From the IMG/VR virus record IMGVR_UViG_3300035099_000047, positions 108,228 through 172,227 of that record: DNA of 64,000 nucleotides; one strand, 5' to 3'. Positions 46,869 through 56,717 of this stretch are shown in pieces (position 1 is the stretch's first letter; every line of letters begins with the position of its first letter). The position numbers and the translations under genes were made by a program. Origin of the DNA: a virus. The notes under the pieces were generated by a model. The model made no database searches. It was not told the origin of the DNA and worked only from the letters and a program-made list of their open reading frames with translations.

Positions 46869-47530
46869 GACGGCGCTCCAAGGCTTTCCCTCCCGGCACC
46901 GTCATCACTGATGGCCTGGGTTGTAACCGTGGCCCCCGCCTCGGTCTTAACGGTGATCGCGCTTGGCGTCTTGTCGGCTCGGCGGAAGCGCTGCACAAGC
47001 CACATCAGCCATCCGGGGAATGTCGTCGGCTTGGCAGTTGGCTCGGTCGCAGTGATTGCATCTAAGCCAGTTGGAGCAAGTGAGTACCCCGCTTTACTAT
47101 TGTCTGCAACAACTGCTCCGACCAAACCTGCATACTCACCTTCACCCATCTGCACTCCATTATTGTCGTTCATGGCCACAATAAAACCTTCGGCTTTTCC
47201 CGGTGCTGCCCGGCATTTCAACGAGCGTCCCGTCCCAGGTACGTGCAAGTTTCCGCTTTCCTCCAAGTGTTCACGGTAAAGTATTCCATGGACAAAGGGC
47301 GATACTGTCAGGTCAATTTCCCAATTGCCGTCGTCGTCATGAGTCATCGCATTGCCGGTCTTGGCAACCTGCCAAGTCTGATCTGAATTGCGCCAATACT
47401 TACCAGCGTTGACCCCACTCTTGGCTCGTAGATAGTAGTTCACCGTCCCACTCGTGATGGGTGAGCCGTCTGCGCGAGCGACGCAAGGCAACTCACGATG
47501 CGTTTCACCAGCATCGATGTACTCGTACAT
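46865..47530 (-). CDS. Putative tail-associated protein
   Basis: 221 aa, GC-rich, structural module context. Confidence 0.5.
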   Translation of the reverse strand: MYEYIDAGETHRELPCVARADGSPITSGTVNYYLRAKSGVNAGKYWRNSDQTWQVAKTGNAMTHDDDGNWEIDLTVSPFVHGILYREHLEESGNLHVPGTGRSLKCRAAPGKAEGFIVAMNDNNGVQMGEGEYAGLVGAVVADNSKAGYSLAPTGLDAITATEPTAKPTTFPGWLMWLVQRFRRADKTPSAITVKTEAGATVTTQAISDDGAGRESLGAPS

Positions 47531-47532
47531 AG

Positions 47533-48825
47533 CTACAGCCCCGGTGTATCCAAAAGGGTCTGAGTTGCAGCAGGTTTTTCCGCAGTAACCACCATCTCGT
47601 AACTCATCGCCGGATCATCGCGGTAAGTCTTAATCTGCACGTTGACCAGACCCGCAGCTTCAGCAAGCGACTTCGCAACCGCTGGAGTAAACCCGAACAG
47701 GTGCAAGTTCAATTTCCTTGGACACTCAGGATTCTCTTGAGCCCCAAATAACACGTTGTACACATCCCCATCAACGTGTCCATCAAGGATATGCCCGGCA
47801 GCCCATTCAAGATTGGGCAAAATATGTTCTACACAACCTCCCGGCTTGAGAATGCGAGTAATTTCTCCCCATACACGTTCCTGGTCCCAACGGCCTATAT
47901 GCTCCAAATGATGGCTACTTGCCACCATATCAAAAGTGTCATCCGGAAAATTGAGCAGCCTAGTGTCCATCACATAATCAGGTTTCACTTCCTGCCGCAA
48001 GTCAGTCGTGACTGTCTTGTAGCCATCCCATTCTCGACGCTTAGAACCGGCTCCCAAATCCAAGACAGTTTTCAGCTTGGACTCCCTAGCCTTCTTCTCC
48101 TGCATCCAATGGCATCGCTGAATCGGTGGCGAGTCGTCTGGTAACCCATAGATCATCCCGGTGGAATGGTCAATATGCCCACACAAGACGGATGTATCTA
48201 CAAGTATCTTCGCGTTCGCTTCTTCCACGGCACGGCGGCAGAAGTACAGGTCTTCAGTTCCGCGGTGCTTGGTAAAACAATCACCACTGATCTTGAACTC
48301 ACACGTTGTTTTGTACCACGGGTTGTCCGAAGAATAAGGCAGCCGATCAAAAAGGCTTAGCTTTACCAGCGTCATGCCGGAGTGCAGTGCCTTAATGTTG
48401 AAAAGCAGATCTCCCAGCGCCCAGTCCCAATAAGGGCCAATGCCGAACTCTGTGTAGATCAATGGCTCAGGCGGGCTGGACTTTGAGCAGTAAACCCCGG
48501 CTACAATGTCCATTTCAGGGAAGCAAGACGCTCGGTACCACAGTTTCGTCAGGGCATCCCAGTAAGGTATGGTGTCGTAATCCAAAAAACAGATATACTC
48601 AGGACGAGGCTTATGTTCTCTAGCAAACTGGACAGCCTTGTTCCTGGCTTCATCTACCTCCATACCATCGGCTAGAATCTCGAAGCTGTTGAAATTAGTG
48701 GGAGTTGCCAGTGACATGCGGGCTCGATGCCATTCCACGGTAACTGGCTCTAGCCGCAGCCCATTCGGCCCCGGAATCTTAGGTATTGGAGTGCAAATAG
48801 CACAGCCAATCTTGCCAGACATCAC
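47533..48825 (-). CDS. GT-A glycosyltransferase fused to a class I methyltransferase
   Basis: ARN...FLDYD...EDLYFC...CGH; then VLDLGAG...SHHLEH...RILKPGG. Confidence 0.8.
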   Translation of the reverse strand: MMSGKIGCAICTPIPKIPGPNGLRLEPVTVEWHRARMSLATPTNFNSFEILADGMEVDEARNKAVQFAREHKPRPEYICFLDYDTIPYWDALTKLWYRASCFPEMDIVAGVYCSKSSPPEPLIYTEFGIGPYWDWALGDLLFNIKALHSGMTLVKLSLFDRLPYSSDNPWYKTTCEFKISGDCFTKHRGTEDLYFCRRAVEEANAKILVDTSVLCGHIDHSTGMIYGLPDDSPPIQRCHWMQEKKARESKLKTVLDLGAGSKRREWDGYKTVTTDLRQEVKPDYVMDTRLLNFPDDTFDMVASSHHLEHIGRWDQERVWGEITRILKPGGCVEHILPNLEWAAGHILDGHVDGDVYNVLFGAQENPECPRKLNLHLFGFTPAVAKSLAEAAGLVNVQIKTYRDDPAMSYEMVVTAEKPAATQTLLDTPGL

Positions 48826-48843
48826 ACTTTTTCCTTCCCTTGG

Positions 48844-49380
48844 TTACGCCGTTTGTGGGATGATCGAATAGGTCAAGTTGAACGTATCGGAGGCACCCTT
48901 GTTGATTGAGGCTGTGCCAAGAACTTTGCGAGCGATCATTGAGCCCGTATAGGTGTTGGTCTGGAAAATACCCACCTCATTGATAACACATGCGTTCCCG
49001 TCACTGGCAAATGAGGCTAGGTAGTTCAAGCTAGCTCCACTTGTCGCCCGGGAAAAAGTACCACAAACCTGGGTGGAAGCGCCAAGCGATGCGTCGTTGC
49101 TCGCCACAGCAGTTGTACTAGTTCCCACCACACAAGTATTTGCGTAAGCCGACGCACCACCAGCATCGGTTGCCAGCATCTTGATAAGCCGATCCAGGCC
49201 GTAGCTGACCACCATATTGCCCCTTGAAAAACCCTTAGCCTTACTCTCTCCATCAGGGCCAAACTGTTCCCACTGCACTGAGTTAGACAAGACAATGTTC
49301 CTGTGTGGAGCTGGGTTGCATTGCTCGCCTTCCCGAACAATCGGCTTGCGAGTGATACCTTCAAGTAACGAAACGCTCAT
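48844..49380 (-). CDS. Tail fibre/baseplate-associated protein
   Basis: NMVV..G, VGT...A...D..L, INEVGIF, MIARKV, INK...D. Confidence 0.6.
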   Translation of the reverse strand: MSVSLLEGITRKPIVREGEQCNPAPHRNIVLSNSVQWEQFGPDGESKAKGFSRGNMVVSYGLDRLIKMLATDAGGASAYANTCVVGTSTTAVASNDASLGASTQVCGTFSRATSGASLNYLASFASDGNACVINEVGIFQTNTYTGSMIARKVLGTASINKGASDTFNLTYSIIPQTA

Positions 49381-49591
49381 GTTCCTCTCCCTTTTGATTG
49401 ACGTGAATTTGAACACTGTCACCAAATCCTATTGAACTACTAGTCGGTTGGCCCTTTTTCATTCTGCTGGATTCAATGAGATCGAGTGCATTGGAAATCG
49501 CCTCAATATCGCGATCCGAACACTCGTCCAAGATCGAAAGCAGCCGATTGGTCAATTCACTTTTCCGGTTTGTATTTTCCCACTCAAACAT
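49361..49591 (-). CDS. Hypothetical protein
   Basis: 76-aa coupled ORF. Confidence 0.4.
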   Translation of the reverse strand: MFEWENTNRKSELTNRLLSILDECSDRDIEAISNALDLIESSRMKKGQPTSSSIGFGDSVQIHVNQKGEEHERFVT

Positions 49592-50756
49592 TCATCAGCA
49601 CCCTTTGCAAGATAAAAGAGTAAGGAACTCGCCCAAGCGCAGCTATAAGCACAATAGCTGAATCACTCAATCCCAAACTGTCCGCCACTGCTCGTCGCAC
49701 AGCAACAGAGCGCAATACAGCATCCCCTATTGCAACACTGTCACTCACTAAAAGCATAAAGGCAACAGTCCTTGTCACAGAGTCAGAAAAAGGCATGTTA
49801 TCAAAAACAGACCGCTTAGCAACAGCTTCCCGAGCGGATACATCCCCTACAATCAAATTGTCACTTGTGAACCTCTTAGCAGCAGCTTCCCGAGTGGAAG
49901 TATCCCACAAAGCGAGGCTTTCTCCCACTAAGCGTCTATAGGCAGCAGTCCTCAACGTGGTATCAGAGAGTCCAAAAAGGTCGCTTGTAACAATTGAATG
50001 AACCCCGGCACCAATGAGCTGGACAATAAGATCTTCGGCCAGACCCACATTGTCCATAATTGCCCGGAGCGACTTAGCCACTTTCGTGGCGCTATCAGCC
50101 AACCCAAGATTTTCAACCAACAACCGCAAATAAGCAACTTTCTGCAATAGGCCATCGCTCATTGCCACGCCATCACTCACAACCCTCAGAGATGCCGCCG
50201 TCTTATAAGCAGCATCCAATACCGTCAAATTGTCACTCGCTACACGTTTGCAAAGAGCATCCCTGCTTACAGAATCGGAAAAAAGTACACTATCGAAGGC
50301 AGACCGCCTAGCGGTGACAACCTTAGCACACAAATCAGCCAACCCAAGAAAGTCAAGGATGGCAAGCACCTTGGCTGCAATAGTAGACACAGAATCGGTT
50401 AGAGCAAGATCGTCGCTCGCTATACGCAACGAAACGGCTTTCTTGCTGAACATGTCACTCAACCCCAAACCATCGGATGATACCCGTTGGCCAACCACAA
50501 CTCGATCTAGTGTTTCAACCATTGCAAGTACATCAGATATACCCCTGGAGGATGTGAGCACCCTGACCAAATCCTCTGCTAGACCCACAGAGTCGCTCAC
50601 GGTGCGATTATATGCTGTGCCACCTGCCACTATTACAACTGGAAGTGCCCAGGCTGTTGTTACCCAATCATCAAGTGACACAGCTCCTGTTGCAATGACC
50701 GGTGGTCCTTGCGAAGAACTAACCCAGTTGTCTAAAGCTCCAATACCCATAGTCAA
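49584..50756 (-). CDS. Repeat-rich tail protein (~20-aa R..SD.l.lsD repeats)
   Basis: About 15 periodic SD/AD units. Confidence 0.6.
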   Translation of the reverse strand: MTMGIGALDNWVSSSQGPPVIATGAVSLDDWVTTAWALPVVIVAGGTAYNRTVSDSVGLAEDLVRVLTSSRGISDVLAMVETLDRVVVGQRVSSDGLGLSDMFSKKAVSLRIASDDLALTDSVSTIAAKVLAILDFLGLADLCAKVVTARRSAFDSVLFSDSVSRDALCKRVASDNLTVLDAAYKTAASLRVVSDGVAMSDGLLQKVAYLRLLVENLGLADSATKVAKSLRAIMDNVGLAEDLIVQLIGAGVHSIVTSDLFGLSDTTLRTAAYRRLVGESLALWDTSTREAAAKRFTSDNLIVGDVSAREAVAKRSVFDNMPFSDSVTRTVAFMLLVSDSVAIGDAVLRSVAVRRAVADSLGLSDSAIVLIAALGRVPYSFILQRVLMNV

Positions 50757-53698
50757 GCGTAAGCAATGTCATCAATGTAGACCGCATCGTCTATCGCATG
50801 TGTCCCTTGCTCAACTTCAATGCGAACGAGACAGAACCCAGTTGCCGTAGGTGTAACAGGCGTAGCAGTAAATTGATGATAACTGCCGTCATCTGTTAGC
50901 GTTACGGTTTCACTGTTATTTTTTATAGTTGTTTGATCCGTATCATAAATCGTACATTTCAAAGATCCATTGAACCCAGTAGCAATTTTGTGATAAAAAC
51001 TCAAGGTAAAAGGAATGGATGCTGTCGTTGGAACCAAAAAATACCAGTAACCGTAATTGTTAGTGCTCGAAGGCACCAATTTAGCACACGTCCCCGACCC
51101 ACCACGAGCGTTGGCTCCTGTTTCCTTTGATAAGGTTAAGGGACCAGAAGCCTGACCCAGAGTATTTTGAACTTCGATCACCTGCCACCAATACATTTGC
51201 CCCGTGCCGGTCCCTCCCGTATTGCCTCCGCAACCCCGCACTCGCACCACGAGTGGACGGTCGTAAGTTACATCATAGCTGGCCGTGTCGGTGTGCCAGG
51301 CGGTATCCGCAATGGAGAACGCGGAACTCGACGCCAATAACTCACCGCTCGCCTTCCAGTTTTTGTTGGGATCGCAAATCTCAATACGCGGGGCAGTCAC
51401 CCAGCCGCTTGTGGTCGTGACTTTGTGGTACACCGTCACCGTGAGCGTCTTGCCGGCTTTGCCCATCACCGGGAACTCAACCCAGAAGTCTCGATCAGAG
51501 TCCTCGGCAGTTGAAACGTGAACATAAGTAAGCGAAACAGGTGGAGTGCCGTGAACCCCGACATCCCACGCCGCCGTCTTTGTGAACCCTCCTGGGCACC
51601 ACCAGCCTACGTTGCCTGGTAGGATAGCGTGAGTGACTGGATCACAGAGGTCAGTGATGCCAACAACGACTTCGCCGTAATCGGGAACGTCGAAACTGGA
51701 CTGCTTATAATAGGCCACCTGTGTCACATCTTGCAGCGACACTCCCCAGCCCTCGATATGGCTGCCGCTGAGGCTAATGTCGGTGCCGTTGCCGGAAAAT
51801 ACGGTGCCTCTGAACCGGCCGGAGCAACCGTAGGTGCCGGTGCCGCACCCACTGACTATAGAGACTGTGTTGTAGTTGCTGCCGTAGAGGCCGTTGCCGC
51901 ACCCACTGACTATAGAGACTGTATTGTAGTGGCTGCTGGTGGTGCCGTTGCTGCACCCACTGACTATAGAGACTGTGTTGTAGTGGCTGCTGTAGAGGCC
52001 GGCGCTGCACCCACAGACTATAGAGACTGTATTGTAGTTGGTGTTGTAGACGCCACGACTGCAGCCACAGACTGTGGAGACTGTATTGTAGCTACCGCTA
52101 CTGAGGCCATAACCGTAGAATGTCGTACCCGTTCCCGCCGTCACGCGAATCTCGCCGAAGATGCCACCCACCTTATTTGTTGCATCAACAACGGCCTGCG
52201 TACTGCTCCCGCAACTGGACTGAATCGAGGCGTTGCGGGACATCAGCCAAATGCGGGCGTTCGGATACTGGTAGGAGTTCACCGCTTCGCTCAGCGTCAT
52301 CGTGCTAGCGGTAATCGCAGCAATAGCTAACCGCTGTATGTCGTAGGTCTGCGGTCCCTCGTTCGCCAACACTGCGGCATTGAGTAAGTTCGTGGAAGCC
52401 CACGTGCCCTCACCTGGCTCCCACGCCGAGTCGCCCGTTACGTCATCCAGCACGTTGACCATCGTGCTCGTATAGGGGTTCGTTCCGCCAGTCCCCGGAG
52501 CCGCACCCGTCGAACCCGCGTACACGTCCAGCGTCCCGCTCGGACTGCCGCCTAACGTCAAGGCAGTCCCGCCAGATGTGAGAGCTAGCGAGATCGCATT
52601 GGCCGTCGAGGAAACGACGTAATACAGCGTATCCGCGGCCAGCGGAGTCGGCAGCGTGCCGCTCGACCGAACCATAACCGCCACGCCATTGGTCAGGCCG
52701 TGGTTGGTCTTGGTCAGCGTATTCCCAGATATGCCCCAATTCGCATACCAGCCGGTATGAACGTTAACCGGGCCACCGCTGCCGAGCAAAACGGGACTGC
52801 CATTGTACGTAGTAGACAATTGAATCGTGGCTCCCCCGCCCCCGCCAACAACCCAGTAGTCTATGCCCGCAGATAGGTTAGTGCCCTCTAGGCTGCCAGA
52901 AACCCGCACGATCTTACCATTCGGAATTGCGGCAGAAAGCCCGGTTTTCGTGAGGGTATTAGTCGGGTCGGGTTGGACAGTGCAGCCATCGAATATCTGC
53001 CCATAAGTCCGCACACCCTTAGTCGTCGGCTCCGCACAGTACATCGCCACGTCGAGGTATTGCGTAACCACCTGGGCCGTCGTCTGCAGCATGATAGTGG
53101 CACGGTTTGCCACGGGGAGAGGACGGACCACGAGAGACCAGGAGGTGACGTTTGTGCCGGGATCGGGGCCTGTCGCTAGTGTTGCCGCCGTAGCCGTGTT
53201 GCTATTGATCGTGTAAGTGCTCCCGTTAATCGTCATGGACTCGCCACTCAGGGCATTCGTTACCCATGACGGAGAGACACTCGGCGTGAAAATCCGCGTT
53301 CCGCCGCCTCCGTCGGTGACTGTTCCGCCGGTTCCGCTCTGCGACTGCACGAACTTGGAGGAGTCACTAGAGACTGTCCACAAGCCGGAGTAGTTGGCGA
53401 GCAGGCGGCCCTTGTTGGCGAGGTTCGTCCCGATGATCTTTCCACCGGCTGGAATGATGAGCTTCCCCGTCGCGCCATTCATCCAGTACAGGCAACCTGG
53501 GGTGCTCCCGGCCGCCGCGGAATTGATCGTCAACGAGTTGCCCGTCGCTAGGCCATAAACTTGAGTCACGTCCATTTTGACTGCCACGCCAGCATTGATG
53601 ACGACCAGGGCCGTGTTGTCATCGGGCGGGGGACTCCCCACATCCCACGTCCCGTTCGCGGACCAGTTGCCGGAAGTTGTAGCGGTGTACGTCGCCAT
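50753..53698 (-). CDS. Tail fibre/spike (receptor-binding) protein with beta-helix repeats
   Basis: 981 aa, G/T/S-rich; MATYTATTSGNWS start; 18-aa repeats. Confidence 0.7.
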   Translation of the reverse strand: MATYTATTSGNWSANGTWDVGSPPPDDNTALVVINAGVAVKMDVTQVYGLATGNSLTINSAAAGSTPGCLYWMNGATGKLIIPAGGKIIGTNLANKGRLLANYSGLWTVSSDSSKFVQSQSGTGGTVTDGGGGTRIFTPSVSPSWVTNALSGESMTINGSTYTINSNTATAATLATGPDPGTNVTSWSLVVRPLPVANRATIMLQTTAQVVTQYLDVAMYCAEPTTKGVRTYGQIFDGCTVQPDPTNTLTKTGLSAAIPNGKIVRVSGSLEGTNLSAGIDYWVVGGGGGATIQLSTTYNGSPVLLGSGGPVNVHTGWYANWGISGNTLTKTNHGLTNGVAVMVRSSGTLPTPLAADTLYYVVSSTANAISLALTSGGTALTLGGSPSGTLDVYAGSTGAAPGTGGTNPYTSTMVNVLDDVTGDSAWEPGEGTWASTNLLNAAVLANEGPQTYDIQRLAIAAITASTMTLSEAVNSYQYPNARIWLMSRNASIQSSCGSSTQAVVDATNKVGGIFGEIRVTAGTGTTFYGYGLSSGSYNTVSTVCGCSRGVYNTNYNTVSIVCGCSAGLYSSHYNTVSIVSGCSNGTTSSHYNTVSIVSGCGNGLYGSNYNTVSIVSGCGTGTYGCSGRFRGTVFSGNGTDISLSGSHIEGWGVSLQDVTQVAYYKQSSFDVPDYGEVVVGITDLCDPVTHAILPGNVGWWCPGGFTKTAAWDVGVHGTPPVSLTYVHVSTAEDSDRDFWVEFPVMGKAGKTLTVTVYHKVTTTSGWVTAPRIEICDPNKNWKASGELLASSSAFSIADTAWHTDTASYDVTYDRPLVVRVRGCGGNTGGTGTGQMYWWQVIEVQNTLGQASGPLTLSKETGANARGGSGTCAKLVPSSTNNYGYWYFLVPTTASIPFTLSFYHKIATGFNGSLKCTIYDTDQTTIKNNSETVTLTDDGSYHQFTATPVTPTATGFCLVRIEVEQGTHAIDDAVYIDDIAYA
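51818..52111 (-). repeat. 54-bp tandem repeat, 5 full copies plus a partial copy
   Basis: xGxxxxxYNTVS[TI]V[CS]GC[SG] units. Confidence 0.95.
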
Positions 53699-53940
53699 TA
53701 TTCACCCGTATCCGCTTCGATGTCGGTCAGGTGTTTCGCCTTCGCCTGCAACCGTGCCTTAAGGGCCGTGACCTGCCCAGTCGTCAGATCAAATGCCCCT
53801 TTGATCTGGGCATCGGTCAGGTTCGCCAGCATCCACCGGGCGATCCTGGCGGCAGTCACTCCATTGGCACCGCGGAACCGCTCACGCAAAGCTGCGATGT
53901 TCTGTGCTGGCGTCGAATAGCGAAAAGTCAAGTCAGCCAT
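53698..53940 (-). CDS. Small tail-module protein
   Basis: MADLTFRYSTP..., coupled to the fibre gene. Confidence 0.5.
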   Translation of the reverse strand: MADLTFRYSTPAQNIAALRERFRGANGVTAARIARWMLANLTDAQIKGAFDLTTGQVTALKARLQAKAKHLTDIEADTGE

Positions 53941-54136
53941 TGGTCTGGATGATCTCCATGTTCGCGGCAATCTCGTCCGCCGCCCTCTGCGCGGCAAGTT
54001 GGACTAGGAAATTGGCGATCGCGGCGTCCAGATCGCTTGGCTTGCTCGTGAAATGGAGCACGTGCGTCTCATTGCTGTCGAGAATATGCACGTCATACCC
54101 ATCGCACGTCTTGGCCTGGAGGAGAACCGTTGCCAT
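53933..54136 (-). CDS. Small tail-module protein
   Basis: 67 aa; GGGAG RBS. Confidence 0.5.
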   Translation of the reverse strand: MATVLLQAKTCDGYDVHILDSNETHVLHFTSKPSDLDAAIANFLVQLAAQRAADEIAANMEIIQTNG

Positions 54137-54139
54137 TGT

Positions 54140-54328
54140 TCATTCTCCCGCCGCCTTTGCGGCACCTTGTTCACCCTTGTCCCCTGGGTCGTCAGCCAGC
54201 CGCTCCACCGCCGCCTCCAGGAAGGCAAGCCGCTCCGTGTGCCTCACGCAAACCGGGCCCTCGCCTCGGAACAGGTCTTCCAATCGGCCATTCAATCGCT
54301 TGAAGCCGTCTGCCAGGTCCGCAATCAT
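54140..54328 (-). CDS. Short coiled-coil ORF, possibly a gene fragment
   Basis: 62 aa at the edge of the GC-rich segment. Confidence 0.35.
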   Translation of the reverse strand: MIADLADGFKRLNGRLEDLFRGEGPVCVRHTERLAFLEAAVERLADDPGDKGEQGAAKAAGE

Positions 54329-54334
54329 CCCAAT

Positions 54335-54640
54335 CTACTGACTCCGCTCAAACCTTTCCTTAACCTCAAACGCAGCAGCCTTACCCAATCGGCTCTGCTG
54401 CCCTTCAATAACTGCACGAGCATGAATCACATACACCCCAGCTTGATCCAAATCCCCGCTTTTAATCATATACTCCATCCTGGTATGATCAGCAGCATCT
54501 AAATCCGCTATCCATTCCACTTGAGTTCCATTAGGCTTCTCCACTAACAAACTCAAATCATAGCTGGACACATCCATCCCAGTATTTGCTACAACCGTCA
54601 CTCCATATTCCCCCACAATGAGTGATTGCATATTAGGCAA
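54335..54640 (-). CDS. BppU-like baseplate-associated protein
   Basis: KPNGT..W...Y....GDLDQAG.Y pattern. Confidence 0.6.
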   Translation of the reverse strand: MPNMQSLIVGEYGVTVVANTGMDVSSYDLSLLVEKPNGTQVEWIADLDAADHTRMEYMIKSGDLDQAGVYVIHARAVIEGQQSRLGKAAAFEVKERFERSQ

Positions 54641-54893
54641 CTCTTTGAATATAATCCAAGCTCAACCGCTCCCGATTACGCTTAACGTTATCTGCATACA
54701 CTCGCTTCAACCGAGCTATCCGCTTACTGTCCCTATGACCTACATGATCAACTGCCGGCGGCACTGAATAGTTCCACTCCGCATCCCACATCAAACTTGG
54801 TACGCGCAACAAGTCCAATTCCACATCCACATTCACACCCGTGGTATTGTGGGTTAGTGTGATCTTGTTGTCACCAAATTGGGTAAGGCTCAT
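54633..54893 (-). CDS. Hypothetical protein
   Basis: 86 aa. Confidence 0.5.
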   Translation of the reverse strand: MSLTQFGDNKITLTHNTTGVNVDVELDLLRVPSLMWDAEWNYSVPPAVDHVGHRDSKRIARLKRVYADNVKRNRERLSLDYIQRVA

Positions 54894-54894
54894 A

Positions 54895-55797
54895 TCACAT
54901 CATTGCATCCAAAGGACAAGCCTTTTCAGGCAAACCATCCATTGTCAACGATTCTTGACCCCTCAACCCCCGGAAGTAATTGCGACACTCCAACTCCCGC
55001 TTCACACTCCAAGGCTCATTGCCTGGCACTGCCTTTGTGGGATGAAACCAATAACTGCCACGCTTGGGTATATTGTGGTAGTCCTCTTGCAACTGCCAGA
55101 CTATGAATGCTTCGTCAGGCCCCCCCATATCTGCCATTTTGTAGCCACTAGCAGCTACAAAAAACCCCAACAACGGGTCGTCGCTTAGGGGCACTCTATC
55201 ACTAATGTCACTCAAGGGGGGCTTCAGGAACCCATCGTGATACATTTGAAGCACGCAATCCCTCTTCAAGATATTGCCTGCCCCACTCGTGTGGTCGCCT
55301 GAACTGTATCCCATCGGAAACGGCTTTTTCGCCATCCGCAACGCCCCTAACAGCTTATTCATATGCTGACGAGTCTTGCGTTTCCAATGGGCAGAACCAT
55401 TGTTTACCTTGCCCACCAACCCTATATTAGGGTGGGTAAATCGGGGCAAAAAGTGGACATCAGCCTCTTGCCTAGTGAATATCAAGTCATAGTCCATATT
55501 GATCAAGTAATCAAATGGCCTACCACTTTCCACTAACCATCGAACAGCCTCACAAAACAACCGGTACATACCAGGCCCCCAACCGCAACGCTTGGTACAC
55601 ACGTAGGCCAAAGTACCGGGTCGCTCTCGTTGAACGTAATCGGCCAATTCTTGGTTGCGATCTACCGTCACCACTATAGTTGGGTCGCTCACCGAGTAAT
55701 GAGTGATGCTGTCGATGGTGTCAACAACAAAAGGACCCAACGTGTGGCATCTCACGAACACCACTATCTTGGGATACCCGTTGTCCAAGACCATCAC
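54895..55797 (-). CDS. Glycosyltransferase, GT-A-like
   Basis: FDYLINMDYD; DD motif. Confidence 0.6.
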   Translation of the reverse strand: MMVLDNGYPKIVVFVRCHTLGPFVVDTIDSITHYSVSDPTIVVTVDRNQELADYVQRERPGTLAYVCTKRCGWGPGMYRLFCEAVRWLVESGRPFDYLINMDYDLIFTRQEADVHFLPRFTHPNIGLVGKVNNGSAHWKRKTRQHMNKLLGALRMAKKPFPMGYSSGDHTSGAGNILKRDCVLQMYHDGFLKPPLSDISDRVPLSDDPLLGFFVAASGYKMADMGGPDEAFIVWQLQEDYHNIPKRGSYWFHPTKAVPGNEPWSVKRELECRNYFRGLRGQESLTMDGLPEKACPLDAMM

Positions 55798-56489
55798 ATA
55801 CCCGCATCGTAAACTTCTAGCGTGCCAGACCAGCTTGTGCCCAAAGTCAAAGCAGTGCCACCAGCTGTTTGCGCCAATTGGAAAGTCAAAGCGCTAGAAT
55901 TGGCTCCAACCAAGAAGTAAACCACATTGGGCAACAGCCCCGTCGGGTAAGTTCCACTAGAGAGTACAAGCACCGCTGAACCACTCTTCCAAAGCGGAGA
56001 ATCCGGCCAAGGAGCATTGATAGTAATGGTATTGCTTGCAATAGAGGCCACCACTGCGGGTGGGTTATTGCTGCGAGGATACTCAAACCACATGCTTTGT
56101 GCCTGGGGTGCCGTGTACTCACCATCCGTGCTGCAGAAAGCTTCCTTAGCACTGACTTCTTCAACACTAATAGTACCATCAACAAGGCTGATACTACCGC
56201 TAGCCAAACCCCGGGCCTCTACAATCAAGCAGTCTAAATCCCAGCTGATCGTACCCATATCCACCCCACCAGCCACCGGAGCCAAAGTAGCCCCATATAT
56301 GCTCACTCCATTGACATTAAAATTCTGGTCCGGCGATTGACGGGCTCGAATGCTAACTGTAACAGCAGTGCGGTTATTGCCAATCAAGTGCATCAAGCGG
56401 TGCCGTCGACCCACAATGCGGAACACTTCATTCCATTCCCCATCTGCAGTGATTTTTCCGAGATGTTCTTGTTTAAGCGAAACTGGCAT
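55794..56489 (-). CDS. Structural protein sharing a domain with the tail fibre
   Basis: SSGTYPTGLLPNVVYFLV...FQLAQTAGGTALTLG vs fibre SSGTLPTPLAADTLYYVV...ISLALTSGGTALTLG. Confidence 0.6.
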   Translation of the reverse strand: MPVSLKQEHLGKITADGEWNEVFRIVGRRHRLMHLIGNNRTAVTVSIRARQSPDQNFNVNGVSIYGATLAPVAGGVDMGTISWDLDCLIVEARGLASGSISLVDGTISVEEVSAKEAFCSTDGEYTAPQAQSMWFEYPRSNNPPAVVASIASNTITINAPWPDSPLWKSGSAVLVLSSGTYPTGLLPNVVYFLVGANSSALTFQLAQTAGGTALTLGTSWSGTLEVYDAGM

Positions 56490-56528
56490 GATTCTTCTCC
56501 CTTGTTGGTGAAACCGGATTTTGGACCA

Positions 56529-56717
56529 CTAACAATAGTCTTCAGCAAAAGCGCGATATCGCTTTTCGCAACAATACTTGAACTTTTCCCCACTACCACA
56601 GGGACAACGGTCATTCCTGCCCGGCAGCTTCATCGCTTTCATTGGAGTGCCCGGCGTCATCCGCTTGCGCTGTGGCTTGTCCTTGGGACGGATGGACCTC
56701 AACTTTGCCATCTCCAT
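56529..56717 (-). CDS. SEC-C motif (zinc-binding) small protein
   Basis: GRNDRCPCGSGEKFKYCC. Confidence 0.7.
   Translation of the reverse strand: MEMAKLRSIRPKDKPQRKRMTPGTPMKAMKLPGRNDRCPCGSGEKFKYCCEKRYRAFAEDYC

Noticed and set aside
51818-52111. CRISPR array
   Set aside because: The period is a constant 54 bp, in frame within a protein; the variable parts are too short and mutually similar to be spacers.
54195-54235. FLEAAVERLAD as a tag copy
   Set aside because: It is internal to a coiled-coil fragment in the GC-rich foreign module and has different spacing; probably coincidental.
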